64,000 nucleotides of DNA, from assembly GCF_009914755.1 (NCBI RefSeq), contig NC_060925.1, one strand, 5' to 3'. The stretch comes from the human T2T-CHM13v2.0 reference genome, Homo sapiens. The position numbers and the translations under genes were made by a program. Below the pieces are notes generated by a model. It saw nothing but the letters and a program-made list of their open reading frames with translations, was not told where the DNA came from and searched no databases. This document shows positions 16,245 through 37,959 of this stretch, piece by piece (position 1 is the first letter of the stretch; the number at the start of each line of letters is the position of its first letter).

Positions 16245-18766
16245 CTACTGAGTTTCCGCTGCTGAGCTCATTGGCAAATTTTGACCTTGGCCTTGGCAGA
16301 CATGCCTGCTGTGGGCAGTGGGGCCTGTGGACAGAGGAGGGCAGGAACAATAGTTTATAGCTTTGTTTTATGGGAGGAAGCAGCATTGGGCCCAGTTCCT
16401 GGAGACTGTCCAGTGAGCTAATAGCTGGGGCACATTGTTGGCTTCAGGGTAAAAGCACAACAGAGGTTTCTGTGTGGGCCCACCACAGAAACCACCGATA
16501 GTGCCCCATATACAGCTCTACAACCACATTCTCGCCCAAGCTCCACACAGTCCCCCGGGGCCTTGCTCAGAAAGGCCACTGCCAAGCAACGCATCTAAGC
16601 GCAGTGTGCTTTTGAGGCTTGGAAATTCAAGGTGGCAGCTCTGCCACCCGCAGCCAGGCTGGTGGCTGCCGAAGCCTAGAAAGGACAGGGCATCCACCAG
16701 GCTAGGATGGGAAGGCTGTGAGTAGGGGTGAGGCAGGAGTCAAGGTTGGAGGAGCTGCTCCAGGCTGCGGTGGGATCAAAGCTACCATAGCCCCCCGACA
16801 TCCCCGACCTGGCTGCTGGTCAGTAGAGGCTAAAGGAGGCTGCCCGACATCGCCTTCCTGTTCCTCCTCCTATGGAATTCCCCTCGGCAAGGGCCACCAA
16901 CAGCACAGCCACCTCGTGCAGGGGGCACTGCCAGACAAAAGCGCTAATGGCTGCAAGCAGAAGTTGCTGCCAGTGGAGTCTTGTGCCAAGATAGGTACTG
17001 GCAGCCGAGGTACCCTTGGGCCACACCCTGTGCTGTGGGGATTGTGGGTATACCATCCCAAGCTGTGAGTTTTCTGTGGTTTTCCCTAAGAAACCACAGG
17101 CTCTGTTACAGGCCTGGGATTTTTTCCCCTCCTGCTGCAGAGTCATGCGTCAGAGGGGGTTCTCTGAAAGCCATCTCTCCCACCCCACCCAGAGGGAGCC
17201 ATGTGGCCTGGTCCCGGAGGAAGACAGTGAGGGGGCAGGCTTCGTCGGGCTGTGCTCCGAGGCACGGGCCTGTATCTGTGGCTGGGCAGGAGAGAAGGTC
17301 TCCGCTGGCAGCTCACTCAGCCCCGCAGCTCCTCTCTCCCCACATGGGAAATGCAGCCAAGGCCACAGGCCTGTGCCTGGCTGGAGAACGCTCAGTGTTG
17401 GCAGCATGCTTGAGAAGCTTGGGCTGTTCCCCTCACCTCTGTCTTGGGAAGCTTCCAGGGGAAGCTGTCTCTGGGGGAAGGGCTCCACAGACTGTGCAGT
17501 TGGGTTCAGAAGGTGCAGAGCTCAGCCATTGGGAGCTGGTGTCTCAGCCCAGCCACTTCCTACGTGTGAAACTTGGGTGAGCCACCTGGCCTCATCAGGT
17601 CCCAGCTTTGTCAGCTGTGGATTGGGGAATGTCAGCCTGCACGGATTAACTAAAACCATACCTATAAAGCAGCCCTTAGTGCCTTGGCAGCACATAGGGA
17701 GGGGCAGGAGGAGGGAGATGAAGAGATGAACTCAGACAGGTCAGGAGGTCAGTGGGTGGAGACTAGAGCCAGAAGGAGACGCAGGAGAGACCGCGAGCAG
17801 GAGAATGCAAGAGCCGGGAGATGCGGAGCACACGGGAAGCGAGGCAGATGGGACGATCTTTCACGGCAGTCATCATTCATTCATTCACTCATTTAACACA
17901 TATGTATTGAATGCCAGCTGTGCAGCAGGCCTTCTGGACACTTGAGTGAATGAGGTAGTGCCCCTGCCCTTGGAGCCAAGGGCTCTGTGATCCACTGGAC
18001 CCATAGAAGATGGGTAGCTCTTACTTCTGGGTCCCTTTCCCACCTACACACATATCTCCAGGGGAGACTTTTCCTCTGGCATCAATAAATGGAAAACTAT
18101 TTCACTAAAAAACTGTCATTACATCAACCTCTCCAGTGTCAATGTTTATTCCATGGGCAGCTCCCACGGCAGGGTGAGAGTGAGGCAGCAAGACCACAGG
18201 CAGTGTGGCCCCCAGGGCTGCCAGCACTTGTCCCTGGAAAGCCTTGTCTGTACTCATAAGGATCTGCTCTTCTCCTGGCTACCCAACTCCCACCCCAAAA
18301 TGCCCAGGGCCACAGACTGGAGAGCAGAGGGAGGAAACCCTCAGAGATCTAGGAACATGGCAGGAGCAAGAGCCCAAAGCTTGGAGACAAAGGCAGTATG
18401 GAAGATTGCGGAGAACCCTGGAGACCAAGACAAGGGTTCTTGGTTGAAATCTGGGCTCTGACACTGACAAGCTGTGTGATCCTGAGTATGTATACTCTCT
18501 GAGCCTCAGTTACTTCACTGTCAGATGAAAATCGCATTTCCCATGGTAGCCATAGGAGCTGAAATGTCTGTGAGTGTGCAAGCCCCAGCGTCAGAATCCA
18601 GCTCTTTATAAGCAGAATCAAGGGAAAGAAATCTGTATCTTCCTCCCTGAAGACACATGCACAATTAGCTGCTGCCACAGGCATTCAGGAGCCCATTTCC
18701 AGGGTGCTCGACCACTGCCAGGCCTAGCAGCCTGGGCTTCCATACTGTAGGCAATAGGGCTGGCCT

Positions 18767-18995
18767 CAAGAGTTGGAGACCAGCCTGGGCAACATAGTGA
18801 AACCCCATCCCTACAAAATTTAAAAATTACCCGGGCGAGGTCACATGCCTGTGGTCCTAGCTTTTAGGAGCAGGGAGGCTGAGCTGGGAGAGTCACTTGA
18901 GCCCAAGAAGTCAAGGCTGCAGTGAGCTAGGATGGCACCATACCACTGTACTCTGGCCTGGGCGATGGAGCAAGACTGTCTCAAAATAAATAATA
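18767..18995 (+). mobile_element. 5'-truncated Alu (J-like)
   Basis: Part of left arm plus right arm. Confidence 0.88.
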
Positions 18996-19465
18996 ACTAT
19001 AAGAAGGCTGGCCTAGCTTTTTGTGAGAGTGATTACCACCCTCCCCCAGGCTGCTGAACTTGCATAAAAGAATGGGTTAATATTTTGCCCCCAGGAACCT
19101 TAAATCTGCATAGCCCTTTTCAGTTTCAAAGTCTTTTCTCATTCGCTACCAACACCGCAGAGTAGATAGGGTAGGCATTAGTAAACCCATTATACAGATG
19201 AGGAAACAGAGGCCCAGAGTTGTTAGAGAGTCCCAGGGTCACTTGGCCAGGGAAGATCCCCAGAGTTGCCATTCAGTTCAGGGCATTTTCTACCAAATTT
19301 TGCCGTAGCTCGGAGGAGGATTTCCACATACCAGCCTCTAGCTCATCCATCAGCTGAGGCAGATAGGGACATGTGAGAGCCCTGGGGAGGCTTATAATTT
19401 GGTTCTCCATCTCTGCATATCCACACAGCATTTATTCAGAGTCAGTATATGGAAACCCAATTTTT

Positions 19466-19775
<310 letters not shown>

Positions 19776-20424
19776 AATAAAAATCTTTCTTTAAAGGTCA
19801 AAATAAGGGATTTATGACATACATCGGGTATAACAAAACATTTTAACCTAATCAAATTTGTCTTTCTTTTCTGTTTTTCCTTCACTCATAAGATTAGTCA
19901 CTCACATACATCAGGAAAGAAGTAACTCGCAGAGATAGAATTACAAAATATTGCTTTAAAATTGCTACAAAACATACTTTAATTTTTTTTTCCAGCATTC
20001 ACATCAGCAAAATAATTCCCACTTCTCTGTGGTTCTGTTCATTTTTGTTTTCTTCTGTAATTTTTGAAACTGGGCAACTTCTCGGAAGATGCATCATCTA
20101 GGCGGCTCATAGCTGTAAGAGACCTAAACCTCAATTCAACAATGAAGAAACTCATTGCTTCACAGATCCACACACAGATCCACAAATCCAAAGGTTCATG
20201 GATTGCCACCTTCAAAGCACCTCAGTCCAGTGGCCCAGCGATCCACGCAGCCGTGTTCTCCTTCAAGCCTTGCTTCATGCACAAGCTGGCTCATCTCAGA
20301 GGAGCAGAATTAAAATTAAAAACAGAATTAAACAGAATTTAGGCTGCAGTGACCAGCCTAAAAAGGTGGAGGTGATGCCCATGTCCATCGATAGATGAAT
20401 GTATAAACAACATGTGATGTATAT

Positions 20425-20550
20425 GGCCAGGTGTGGTGGTGTGCGCCTGTAGTCCCTGCTGCTCCAGAGGCTGAGGCAGGAGGATCGCTTGTGCCAGGAG
20501 TTCAAGACCAGCTTGGGCAACATGGTGAGACCCCATCTCAAAAAAACAAA
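20425..20550 (+). mobile_element. Alu monomer (FLAM-like)
   Basis: Single arm with A tail. Confidence 0.8.
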
Positions 20551-20872
20551 GAGGTTAAATGATAAATTTTATGTTTTAAATATGTTACCGCAATTTTTTT
20601 AAAAATGGCTATAGTAGCCACAGAATTGCCACCACATCCCCCTGAAGAGAAAGACTCTCTTTCAAGGGAAAGGACACTTCTTTTCCAGATACTACTAACA
20701 AACCAGCCCTCTCATTAAGGTCACATTCTCTCACTCCTGAATCATCCCTGTGGCCAGGAAGCATGCTCTGCCCTGCTGGGCTCAGGCCCAGGTGCCTGCC
20801 CCAATCACTGTAACAAAAGGCCTGTGTTGACCTTTAGACCCATCAGGCCAACCCCAATGGAGGAGTAGAGTC

Positions 20873-21182
<310 letters not shown>

Positions 21183-21512
21183 GTAGAGTCAACTGCCCCT
21201 GCACTATCTGGGACAGGGGCTCTAGGGGGAGGCAGAGGAGCATAGGGATGGGGGAGTGGGGCAGAGTGGACACCTGCACAAAAAAAGGAGGCAGTGAGAA
21301 GGGGCAGGGACAATGGAAGCTGGTGGGGAAGCAGAGACTGTGGGCCATCTGCCAACATCCGTTCTTCCCTCTTCCTGGACACACAACCAGACCACATCTC
21401 CCAGCCTCCTTTGCAATGGAAGGGACCTGGATCCCTAAACAACTGTGCCCAAAACTAGGGCCACTCACTCCACCATTGTTACATAGAAGAGAAATTATCA
21501 TCTTTAAGCTGC

Positions 21513-21717
21513 AGCAGGGGTGGGCAAACACTCGCGCTGCCTATTTTTGTAAATAGTATTTTATTGGAATACATCCACGATCATTCATCTACATATTGTC
21601 CATGACTACCTTCACTCTACAAGGACCGAGTGGAGCAGTTGAAGCAGAGAAGATATGACCTGCGAAACCTAAACTATTTACTCTCTGGCCCTTTACAGAA
21701 AGTTTGCTGGTCCCTGC
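21513..21717. mobile_element. MER58A-like hAT element
   Basis: caggggtgggcaaac...ctggccctttacagaaagtttgc...ccctg. Confidence 0.8.
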
Positions 21718-21796
21718 CCTACATCAGTATTGGATCTCTTTGTTACCACAGCCTAGCCCTCCCTTGGCTAATGCAGTACACAACCAACACTGCTAA

Positions 21797-22138
<342 letters not shown>

Positions 22139-22322
22139 TAATTTTTTTTTTTTAGAGGCAGAGTCTCGCTCTGTCACCCAGCATTCACCAATGGTGCAAT
22201 CATAGCTCATGGCAGTCTCCAATTCCTGGACTCGAGCGATCCTCCTGCCTCACCCTCCTGAGGAGCTGGGAGTACAGGTGCATGTCACCATGCCCGGCTA
22301 TTTTTTTTTTGTAGAGACAGAG

Positions 22323-23531
<1,209 letters not shown>

Positions 23532-24739
23532 TCTCAAAGTGTTTTAAATTCAGTTAATAAACCACTTATTCCCTGGAAACAGCTCCTGTCATGGCACAGC
23601 CCACTTCAGGAAAAGTTGTACCAGGCAGCCTGTGAGAACATTTTCAATAGAAATGAGTGGACCAGGAACAAATTTTATTCCTACTCAATGGCTGTGTTTT
23701 CTTTGGCAGAAGCTAGACCAAGTTTCACATCACAGTTGAGAGGAGACGTGCATAGGAACTGAGTCATCTGGTTCCACACTTGCTCCAGTGATGTTTGAGC
23801 CCCAGCATAGATCAGCATGCCAGGAAGCAGCCCACCGGACCCACCCCTGATCATGGCACTGGACATTGTTTTCCGTGCTTTTCTCAGGCTGGTTTCTGCC
23901 TGTCCCAACCCTGGCCATGGCTGACAAGGGGCCCAGGGACACTGGAGCAGAGAGACCTGCTGGTCCTTGGGGTTTCTTGCAAGGTAGGACTCTACATCCT
24001 CCCTTGGGAACTAATTGATCTGTCAGTAAAATGTAAACTTCTGACTCCATGGGTCTGTGAATCAGCTGCCTCTAAAGGGAAATATCCCAGGAGTGATGAA
24101 AACTTGAAGATCGAGGATTGGATATAAGCTCAGAGGTGAAGGAGGGAAATTCCTCGGGTCAACTTTAGCGGACTGATCCACGGGGTCTGCCAAGAGACAG
24201 GAGCTCAAGGGTTAAACCCAAGCACTCGGGAGTCAGATGTATGAATCTGAATCTCAGCCTCTCGGCTTGCTGTGTAATCTCAGGCAAGTGACTTTTCTGT
24301 TCTGTAAATCAGGCTGATAGCGGGGGAACCTCTCTCACAGGGCTGCTACAAAGATTGCATGAGATTTTGCTCAACAAATATTAGCTGTTGGCTCCAGAGT
24401 TTAATACCTCTGATCACTACAAGCTTTGAAGGCAAGATAAAATAACTTCAACATGTGAGTACCAGGAGGCCTTGGTGAAAAGCAAGCCTGCCGGGAGATA
24501 ATGCCTGGCTGGGTCAGGATTCTTGGTGCTTATTGACCACTGGGCACTTCAGAGCAGAACTCATCAAAGCCTCTGTATTGGGACAAGGGCTAGGGTGGAG
24601 GGGAGGATTGGGAAGGGAGAGGGGAGACTGTCCTTCTTTCTACTAAAAGTTACTGGCAAGAGAATGGGAATTAACCAGGCCTGGAAAAGTAATTTAGGTA
24701 TTAGAACTTTGAACTCTTTTTTTAAAAACAAAAGACAAA

Positions 24740-25605
<866 letters not shown>

Positions 25606-25786
25606 ATGGTCTACCCTCCTAACCAAGGCCAACCCTTTAGCCCAACTAAGCTCTTGGAAAATGCCCAAAGTTGCTGCAAAGCCCCTGGCTAAATCCTTCT
25701 CATCCTGAGACTCCGCTTCAGCGTTACCTCCCCAGGGAGGCCTGGGCTGGGTTTGATCCCTAAGTCAACCCATACGGCACTTTGCA

Positions 25787-25955
25787 TTGTTAAAAGAAAT
25801 ACTTCAGCCAAATTAAATTTAAAGGAGTTTAATTGAGCAATGAACAGTCAGGCAGCCCCCAAATCACAGCAGATTCAGAGATACTCCAGCGCAGCCACAT
25901 GGTGGAAGGAAATTTATGGACAGAAAGAGGAAAGTGACGTACAGAAAATAGAACA
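25787..25955. mobile_element. MER57-like ERV1 LTR fragment
   Basis: tgttaaaagaaa...aaattaaattta...atttatggacagaaagaggaaagtgacgtacagaaaa. Confidence 0.65.
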
Positions 25956-26139
25956 TTTTCATATTGTTCAGTGAGTGTCAGGGGCCCCAAAGAATCATGA
26001 TTCCACAGCATAATCACAGCTAACATGTATTTGGTGCTCTCTATGTACCAGGAATGGCATAAGTGTTGTCTAGTGAATTCACTCAACAACTCTGTGAAAT
26101 AGTTTCCCTTCTCACTTGGTTTTTAGTTAAAAAAAAAAA

Positions 26140-26265
26140 AATTTGTAGAGATGGGGTCTCACTATGTTGCCCAGCCTGGTCTCAAATTCCTGGGCTCAAG
26201 TGATCCTCCTGCCTTGGACTCCCAAAGTGTTGGGATGACAGATGTGAGCCACCATGCCCAGACCC
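26140..26265 (-). mobile_element. Alu monomer (FLAM_C-like)
   Basis: Left-arm sequence. Confidence 0.8.
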
Positions 26266-28511
26266 CTTCCCACTTTTGCATCTCTAAGCTGCCACCTTGC
26301 TGACCCACACACAGCTGTGGGTGAAATCCAATGGGCTCAGCAGCCATGAGCTAATAGCACTGCTCCTCCTGCGTAGAGAAAGATTTATTGTTTCGAACCT
26401 TTGACTTAGCTTAGAAAACAAAATCAGTAGGCCCCACTCTTCAATGTTTTTAAGGTATGGTCTCCCAGGTGGATTCTGAGACAGCTTTCATCTCTAGGGT
26501 TAATTAGGGTCTGGCCATTGCTCATGCGAAGATAGAAGACTAAAACACGCAAATCTAATGCCCCATCTTTGGCTTCCTTGGGAACAGGGGGAGGCTGGGG
26601 TGGGATGGAATGGAAAACACAGAGAAGCAAATAGCCCACCCAAGAAAGTGTGAGCCCTCCTGCCTTCACTACCTCTGGCCACCAAAAGAGACCAAACAAA
26701 GGGGCTAGGGGAAGGAAAGAATTGGGTGGGGGTAAAAGTGGGGGTCTTAGTAAACTCTAAACTCTTAGAAATAAATGTAGAGTTCACATTCCACCTGGGC
26801 TTCCAATGTCCTTCTCAGAGGCAGTCAGGGACCACCAACCAGGGAGCGCGTATGAGGGCTCAGCTTGGTTCTAGAACCTTTGTAAACTCATGCTTGCTAT
26901 TTTGATGATCACTTACCTGATTTTCCAGAGGAAAACTAACCCAGGGAAGCAGGGAGGAGAGGCCCATGAGCCTGTGTTGGAAGAAGAGGAGGAGAGGTCA
27001 GCACTCCACCTTCAGCCATGTCCTAGCCAGAGAGGGGAGTGACAGCTTTCTCAAAGAGAGGAAACTGGGCAGATCCCTGAGGACTTGATCAAGGATGCAA
27101 GGCAGGGGAGCACAGGGGGGCTATGGGCTGAGAGGGGCCTGGAGGGTGGCAGTGGCTGGGCCTAGAGGTGGGCTCCGTAATGACACAGGGCTGGGGCAAT
27201 GGAAGCGCCTAGCTCAGGAGCATGGTGGATGTGAGTGTATATCCGTCCACCCCTAGCTAGCAATTCACTAGCTGTGTGACCTTCCTCTATCTCCACTGAT
27301 TGTTTCCAAGCCTGAGTTTCCTCACCTGTGAAATGGAGATAATCCAGCAATTGTGACGAGAAATGTGAGAAAATGCATGTCTGCAGCTATTACAGGGTCT
27401 GACCTGGAGTAAAAGCTCCATGAATGCCGGCTGTCCTGTGGCCTCCCCGACACGTCCCCCCTGCTGGAAGGCTTTCCTCACCATCTCCCTCATAAACAAA
27501 GCCAAGGTCAAGGCTGCAGCCCATGGTGAGAGCAGGGAGAGCTTGTGGGAAGTTCACTGCCCCGCCATGCCCCTGAATGGTGAGCCTCTTTCTTTGATGT
27601 GGGCTAACATCCGTGGACTCAGAGGCCCAGAAAGTGCGAGACACGCCAAGGCTCGGCCCCTGGGCGTCTGTTTCCTGAGCAGCCTGGGACACAGGTTGCC
27701 CTGGTGAGATGACCCACAGTCAGCACCCTAGGCCTTGGCATTATGCGGGCAGCTGGTATGAGCCCTGCCTCACCCTGCACAGAATTTGCCAGCTTCACAG
27801 CATTCCTGCCAGCCCAGCCTGCTCCCAGACCCAGCCAAGTTTCACTCAGGCAGCCTGCATTCCCATTTTGTGCGCCTTGTCCTGCCCAGAGGCACCGGCT
27901 GCTGAGGGAAGCATGAGGTCCTTGGAAAGGAGCTGCCCCAGCAGGCCGGTGTGCTGGGAGCCCTCAGCCTCTTCTACACTCCCGCCACCCCCAGCCCTGC
28001 ATCCTGCCCCAAGCTGGCTGCCTGCCAGCTTCTCGGGTCTCATTTACTTACTGCTGTTTGTTTTGGAGGCTTCTGGGAAGCAAGGCTCCACCTGAGGAAT
28101 CTTTGGCTGAGGGGACTTGTGACACCTGAGACTTTGAACTTTCAAGAAAACATAAGGCTCCGCTGGCCACTTCCCCGGGTGTGGGGACAAATGTCACTGC
28201 AGTGCCGTGGGCTTGCACCAGGCCCCTCCTCCTCTCCAAAGCAGCTAAGGCAGAGCTCATGGACAGGGACCTGCCTGAAGCAGCCGCCATCTGGGGGTTG
28301 ACGGCTGCCTGGTCTCTTGCTCTATCTGGAAAAAGAAACCATAAGCATTTCATATTTATCTTATAATTCATTTGGATTTGTTTTCATATAAAAGTAATGT
28401 CTAAGGGAGGATTAGTCAAGTAAATTGTGCACATGTTCTTGTGATGACCTATTAGCAGATGCCACAGATTTACCCTAGTTTGAGAAACAAAGGTGAGAAG
28501 TATCTTTTGTA

Positions 28512-31200
<2,689 letters not shown>

Positions 31201-32882
31201 GTAGCTTTGTTTTTCCATATTATTCCAACATCATTTATTAAACAATGAATCTTTCCATCACTGATTTGAATATCCCATTCAGCATACACTACCAATTTCT
31301 TTTTATACATAGGATCTGTTCCTGGGCCTTCTCTTCTTTTCCACTGAGCTGCCTGTCCTTTTTCCATTTCACACGGTTTTTTGTTTTTTGTTTACCACTG
31401 AAGCTTTAAAATGTATTTTACTGTCTGGGAATGCAGAACCACCCTGTTCTTTTTCTCCCAGAAATTTTATGATTCTATTCATACATAAATTTATTTCCAG
31501 GTGAATTCATTTTGTCACATTAAAAGTAAATCTTAGATATTTTTATTAGAATTGCATAAGACTTATGCATTTGGGCAAATGGCATTTGACAGTGTTGAGT
31601 TCTCGGTGTGGTGTGTTTTGCCTTTTATTTAATGTCCCTCAGTGTCATTCAGCAGATTTTTTGTTATGAGTTTTGCACAGTTCCTGTATACTTCATTCCT
31701 TGGCTTTGCTATTGTAAGTGGGAACTTTTTGCATTATATTTTGTGGCCAGTTCACCCTAGTGTATAGAAAGCTATGAAATGGGTACTAGTGTTTCTCGTT
31801 TACAGATGAAGGAGTAGAAATTAAGGGCACAGTGCCAGGTGAGACTCTAGTTGAGGACAGGGCTATTCAGAGGTGCGGCCGTGTCTGAACCTGCCTCAGT
31901 CATAACCACTCTCTTAGAAGGAAGCTGCCCGTGCTCTCCAAAGACAGTGTCTGGTCAGACCCAGCTTGGTGTCTGCTGCCTGGCTTGGTGCTCCTGGCTT
32001 GGTGTCTGCTGCCTGGACAGTTCCAGATTCAAGGGCAGCCAAACATTTCTGGGCAGCAAGCTCCCTGGCCTGATCAAGCTCTGGGCCATGGCTGTGCCCC
32101 GCAAACCCCAGAACCCAATAAAAGGAGTCCCCATTAGGTGGGCATGGCTGCAGGTGACTGTTGCACAGTAGGACTTTGGACCACTTATTTGAAAGCTGCT
32201 GTTCTTACTGTTCAGCATCAGAGAGAATTTGATGAACTCTATGGACTCTCAGACAAATGCCCCAAATGCTGTTGACACTTTCAGAGGATGTATGGACAAC
32301 CCCAAAACACACCCAAGGATCTTGGGTTAAATTAATATTCCTGTGTTAAAACAATGGCCCAGACAGGGATTCCTCCAGGTGGGAGGTGCCCAGGGATGGG
32401 GTCACGTTCAGAGGACAGAAGTCCTTGTGTCTGTGTGACTTTGGATGGGTCACTTCCCTCTCTGAATCGTTATTTTCTCCATGAGAACAATATCTACCCA
32501 GTCTAGTTATGGTGTTGTTTGGGAATCGTCTGGTATCCTGTCTTGTGACAGTGCTTTGAAAACTGCAGTTAAGTAACACAAAGGTAAGAAATGACTCATG
32601 CCAGGAAAGGGAATAGCATGAGGCCCAGCTCTGATATGCAAAGGCCTCTCAGATTCTTAGAGAATATTATTGGCTCTCACACCACCAGCTGCTCCCAGTG
32701 AACTTGGCCTTCGCCCCCAGGAATGGCTGATAAAGGCCTTCACTGCTTTCCACTTCTGAGCTGATGGGACTGTTTTAGCTGACCCAGCTAAAACCATGAT
32801 TAAGTGGCTGGATTTGGAAAAGAAGTGTTGGGGCTCATGGTTCACAGATACGTTTCTGGGTTGTTATAAAAATTAATAATTA

Positions 32883-33175
<293 letters not shown>

Positions 33176-33940
33176 TTAATAATTAATCCTCTCCTGCATG
33201 CTGGAGGGGAACTGCCAGCAGCCTCCGAGTTATGGAGAGCACTCCTGGCCACCAGGCTCCCCGTGAGTCCTGGCTCCGTGTGAGCCCAGGCCAGCCCTCC
33301 TCTCTACTGCCCTCCACTGGGTCCCCATGGTAAAATAAGGGGCTGCACTTGATGAAAGTGAATTTGCAACTGAAAAAATATGTAATAATAAAGCCAGATC
33401 CCTTCTAAGAGACTTTAAAGGTCTTCCAACTTGTCTTCTTCCTGCTCCCAGTAGATTATGTCCCCTGTCCTCATGCCCCAGCGTGAACTTTAGGCCCTGG
33501 ACACATCAGCTTGCACACACATGTGTGTTTGTGTGGGGGTGGGTGGGTGTGCATGTGTGTCCTTGGGGGAAGCTGGGGGAAAGGGGCAAAAGAGAACCCT
33601 CACTGGGAACCTTTTTCTAAATACAAATGGCTGCCCCCTTCTCCCTGGGAAATATCTGAATGGGGTGAGGGATATACTGCTTTGGTCTTCCGACCATCCA
33701 GATCCCCATCTCCAGACTCTCCAGCCAGAGGGCAGGGCAGTAGGGGGACTGGCAGGACTATTTTGAACGCCTGGTTCTCAGAACCACCTCCCTGCAGTGC
33801 TCCTGTTCAGAGGTCAGAGGTGTGCAGCGTCCTTTCATCCTCTCCTTGGAGAGCAAGCCTGATGAGGCAGGGAATATCTTTCTGACTCCCCGGTTCCTGG
33901 CTCCATGGCAGGCATGCAACAGAAGCTCTCGGACAAATAA

Positions 33941-34498
<558 letters not shown>

Positions 34499-36815
34499 TA
34501 AGCAGCATTATAGATCACCTGTGTATGTCTGCTAAAAAAAAAAAAAAAAAAAAGGGCACCCTCTCTACCCAGATGAGCAAAGGTATTTTTTCTGATACCT
34601 GTAACAAATCTAATATTGCCACAATTGCTACATGATTAGTGAGAGAAGCATTTGATAGGCTAATCAATTGATTGGTCTGGGGTAAATATTCAGTGAATCC
34701 AAAGTTCAACTCTAATGAGCCACTTCACTTCTCCTGGGCCCTCTTGGTAATGTGGTACCAGGAACTCTGGAAGTCCTCATGGCATTGCTCAAGGGAGTGG
34801 TGGGATGGGTCCCCAGCTGCTCTTTGCACAGCTCTCTGCTCTAGGTGACTGTCTGGTCCATGAGCTGGGCTGGCCCAGTCTGTCTCTGGCAATCCTGGGG
34901 ACATCTGCTGTTGACATCCTTGGTGAGTGTAACCTCCAGCTTACACAACCCATTGGACACCTCCTCTGCTCTCAAAAACTCTGCTGACCCCCAAAGTATG
35001 GTTGTGACTCCCATTAAGCCCAAGACCCACGTAGACCCTATGCCCCCAGCCAGATCCTCATTGGAAACCCCCATGGGAACATACAAGAAAGTGGATCTCT
35101 TCCAGTTCCTCCCACATTACGTGGCATCAAGGGCTTTGGGAATGTCAAACCAAATACTCCCCTGTCCTCAGCAGAGCACCCTCCCCTTTCCCAACGCCCC
35201 CCCGCCGCCACCACCAGGCTAACGAAGTTCTAAATGGGGGTCAGGGCACAAAATACTCTGTGTTTGCCTTTTCTCTCAATCTATTCAACTGCTCACCCCA
35301 CCCAACTCCCACCAATCCAGTCCTCTACCCTGGGACTTTAGCCTGCAGTAGGAAGATCAGCCCACGAGTGTGACCACCCAGGTCCCCAACCTCAGCCCAT
35401 CTTCTTCCCAGTTTCCTGGGCCTGGAGGGGAGCTCTAATCCCTTTCAGTTTTAGCCTTGATATCCTTAACATCTTTGCCACTAGACAGTGGGCCACGGAC
35501 GAGCTGCATCAGTATCCCCAGAGCTTATTAGAAATGTAGACTCTCAAGCCCCACCATGGACTTGCGGAACCAGGGCTTGTATGTTAACAAGGTGCCCGGG
35601 TGATTCACATGCACATTAAAGTCAGAGAAGCGGTGCTGGCTTGCAGCACATCCTGGCAGCGTGTTCTCCTTAGCTTATGTCAGACTCCTGGATCTGGTCC
35701 GCCAGGCCTGGTTCTTAATATGTTAGTGGAACTCAGCAAATTTAGGAAACCCTTCTCTCTCTTGTCAAAGTTTGACTTCTAGATGCTGCAGACTCAACTA
35801 TCTTGCCTCCATGCCTTGGATGTCACTGGCTGCATAAGGACTTTGTCTTTCTCTTGACATTCTTGCTGTAACAATCCCAGTCCTCCTCAGTCCATTCTTC
35901 TTGAAAATGGCACTGGGGAAAGAGGCAAATATACAGAATGGAGAAAGAGAGAAACACATGAACATACTTGAAAACTACTCTCCCAGCTACAATAGCTTTT
36001 GCTGACTTGAGCTTCAAGTGATGCCAGCAGGCTACATGGAGGGTAGAGGTGAGAAGGGGTGGCACACACTTCACAGATGTCACAGAGGAGGACGCTCCTT
36101 CTACCACACTGTCCCTTGTCTAAGGACGCAAAGGAGAAAAGCCTTGCCTTAGCATCCAGAGTGGTTCAATATTACCTGAGCAAGTGAACTGCCTTTATTT
36201 TACAGGCCTCTAGGGCATAACTATCCATTTGCCCTTTTTTGTTTTGGCCACTAGGAAGCTTAGAGACAGATTTGTGGTCCAACAACGGTAAGTGTATGAT
36301 CATGTCTAATTCTCATGCAGGACTGATCCCTGGCTTCACCCTAGCTTGTCTTCTTCCTCCTTGCTTTTAACATATGCATTTTATTATAACCATGTATTCG
36401 TATAAGCCACTTTAAATCTCTCCTGAAGCCAAGTGAAATAACTTTGTAAGTAGGTACTGTTCTAGGTCCTTGCCTATGGCGTATTCCCTCTTGATCTTTG
36501 CCATTGTTAACATCCCCATTGCACAGATGAGGACACTGAAGCGCAGAGAGGTGAAACAAGCAAGCCAGGCTCAGGGCAACGGTGAGTGTCCAAGCCAGGG
36601 TATCTCAGCTCTCTGTGTTCAGAGTTTGGGCCCCAGAAGGGACCACCTGGATCCTGTCTTGGCAGCAGGCAGGCCAACACGGCGCTGAGAGGGAGCTGAG
36701 GGGAGGTGTGGGTCAGATTTCTGGCAAGCCCTGAGGCTGTCAGTGAACCGCTGTGGGGTCCCCCCAGCATGTGCTTTGGGGCCACACCCTAATGGGGGTC
36801 TTCTTTATGTTATGA

Positions 36816-37832
<1,017 letters not shown>

Positions 37833-37921
37833 ACGTGTGTTTTAAATACACATACTCAGATGGATCCACTCAGACACACACACAGACCCCCATACACAGA
37901 GACACTCTATCCCCATCCCGC

Positions 37922-37922
<1 letters not shown>

Positions 37923-37954
<32 letters not shown>
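37923..37954. repeat. (CA)n microsatellite
   Basis: Direct reading. Confidence 0.95.

Positions 37955-37959
<5 letters not shown>

Noticed and set aside
16981-17729. Overlapping 199 and 237 aa ORFs
   Set aside because: GC-rich chance ORFs with TTG starts and no recognisable motifs
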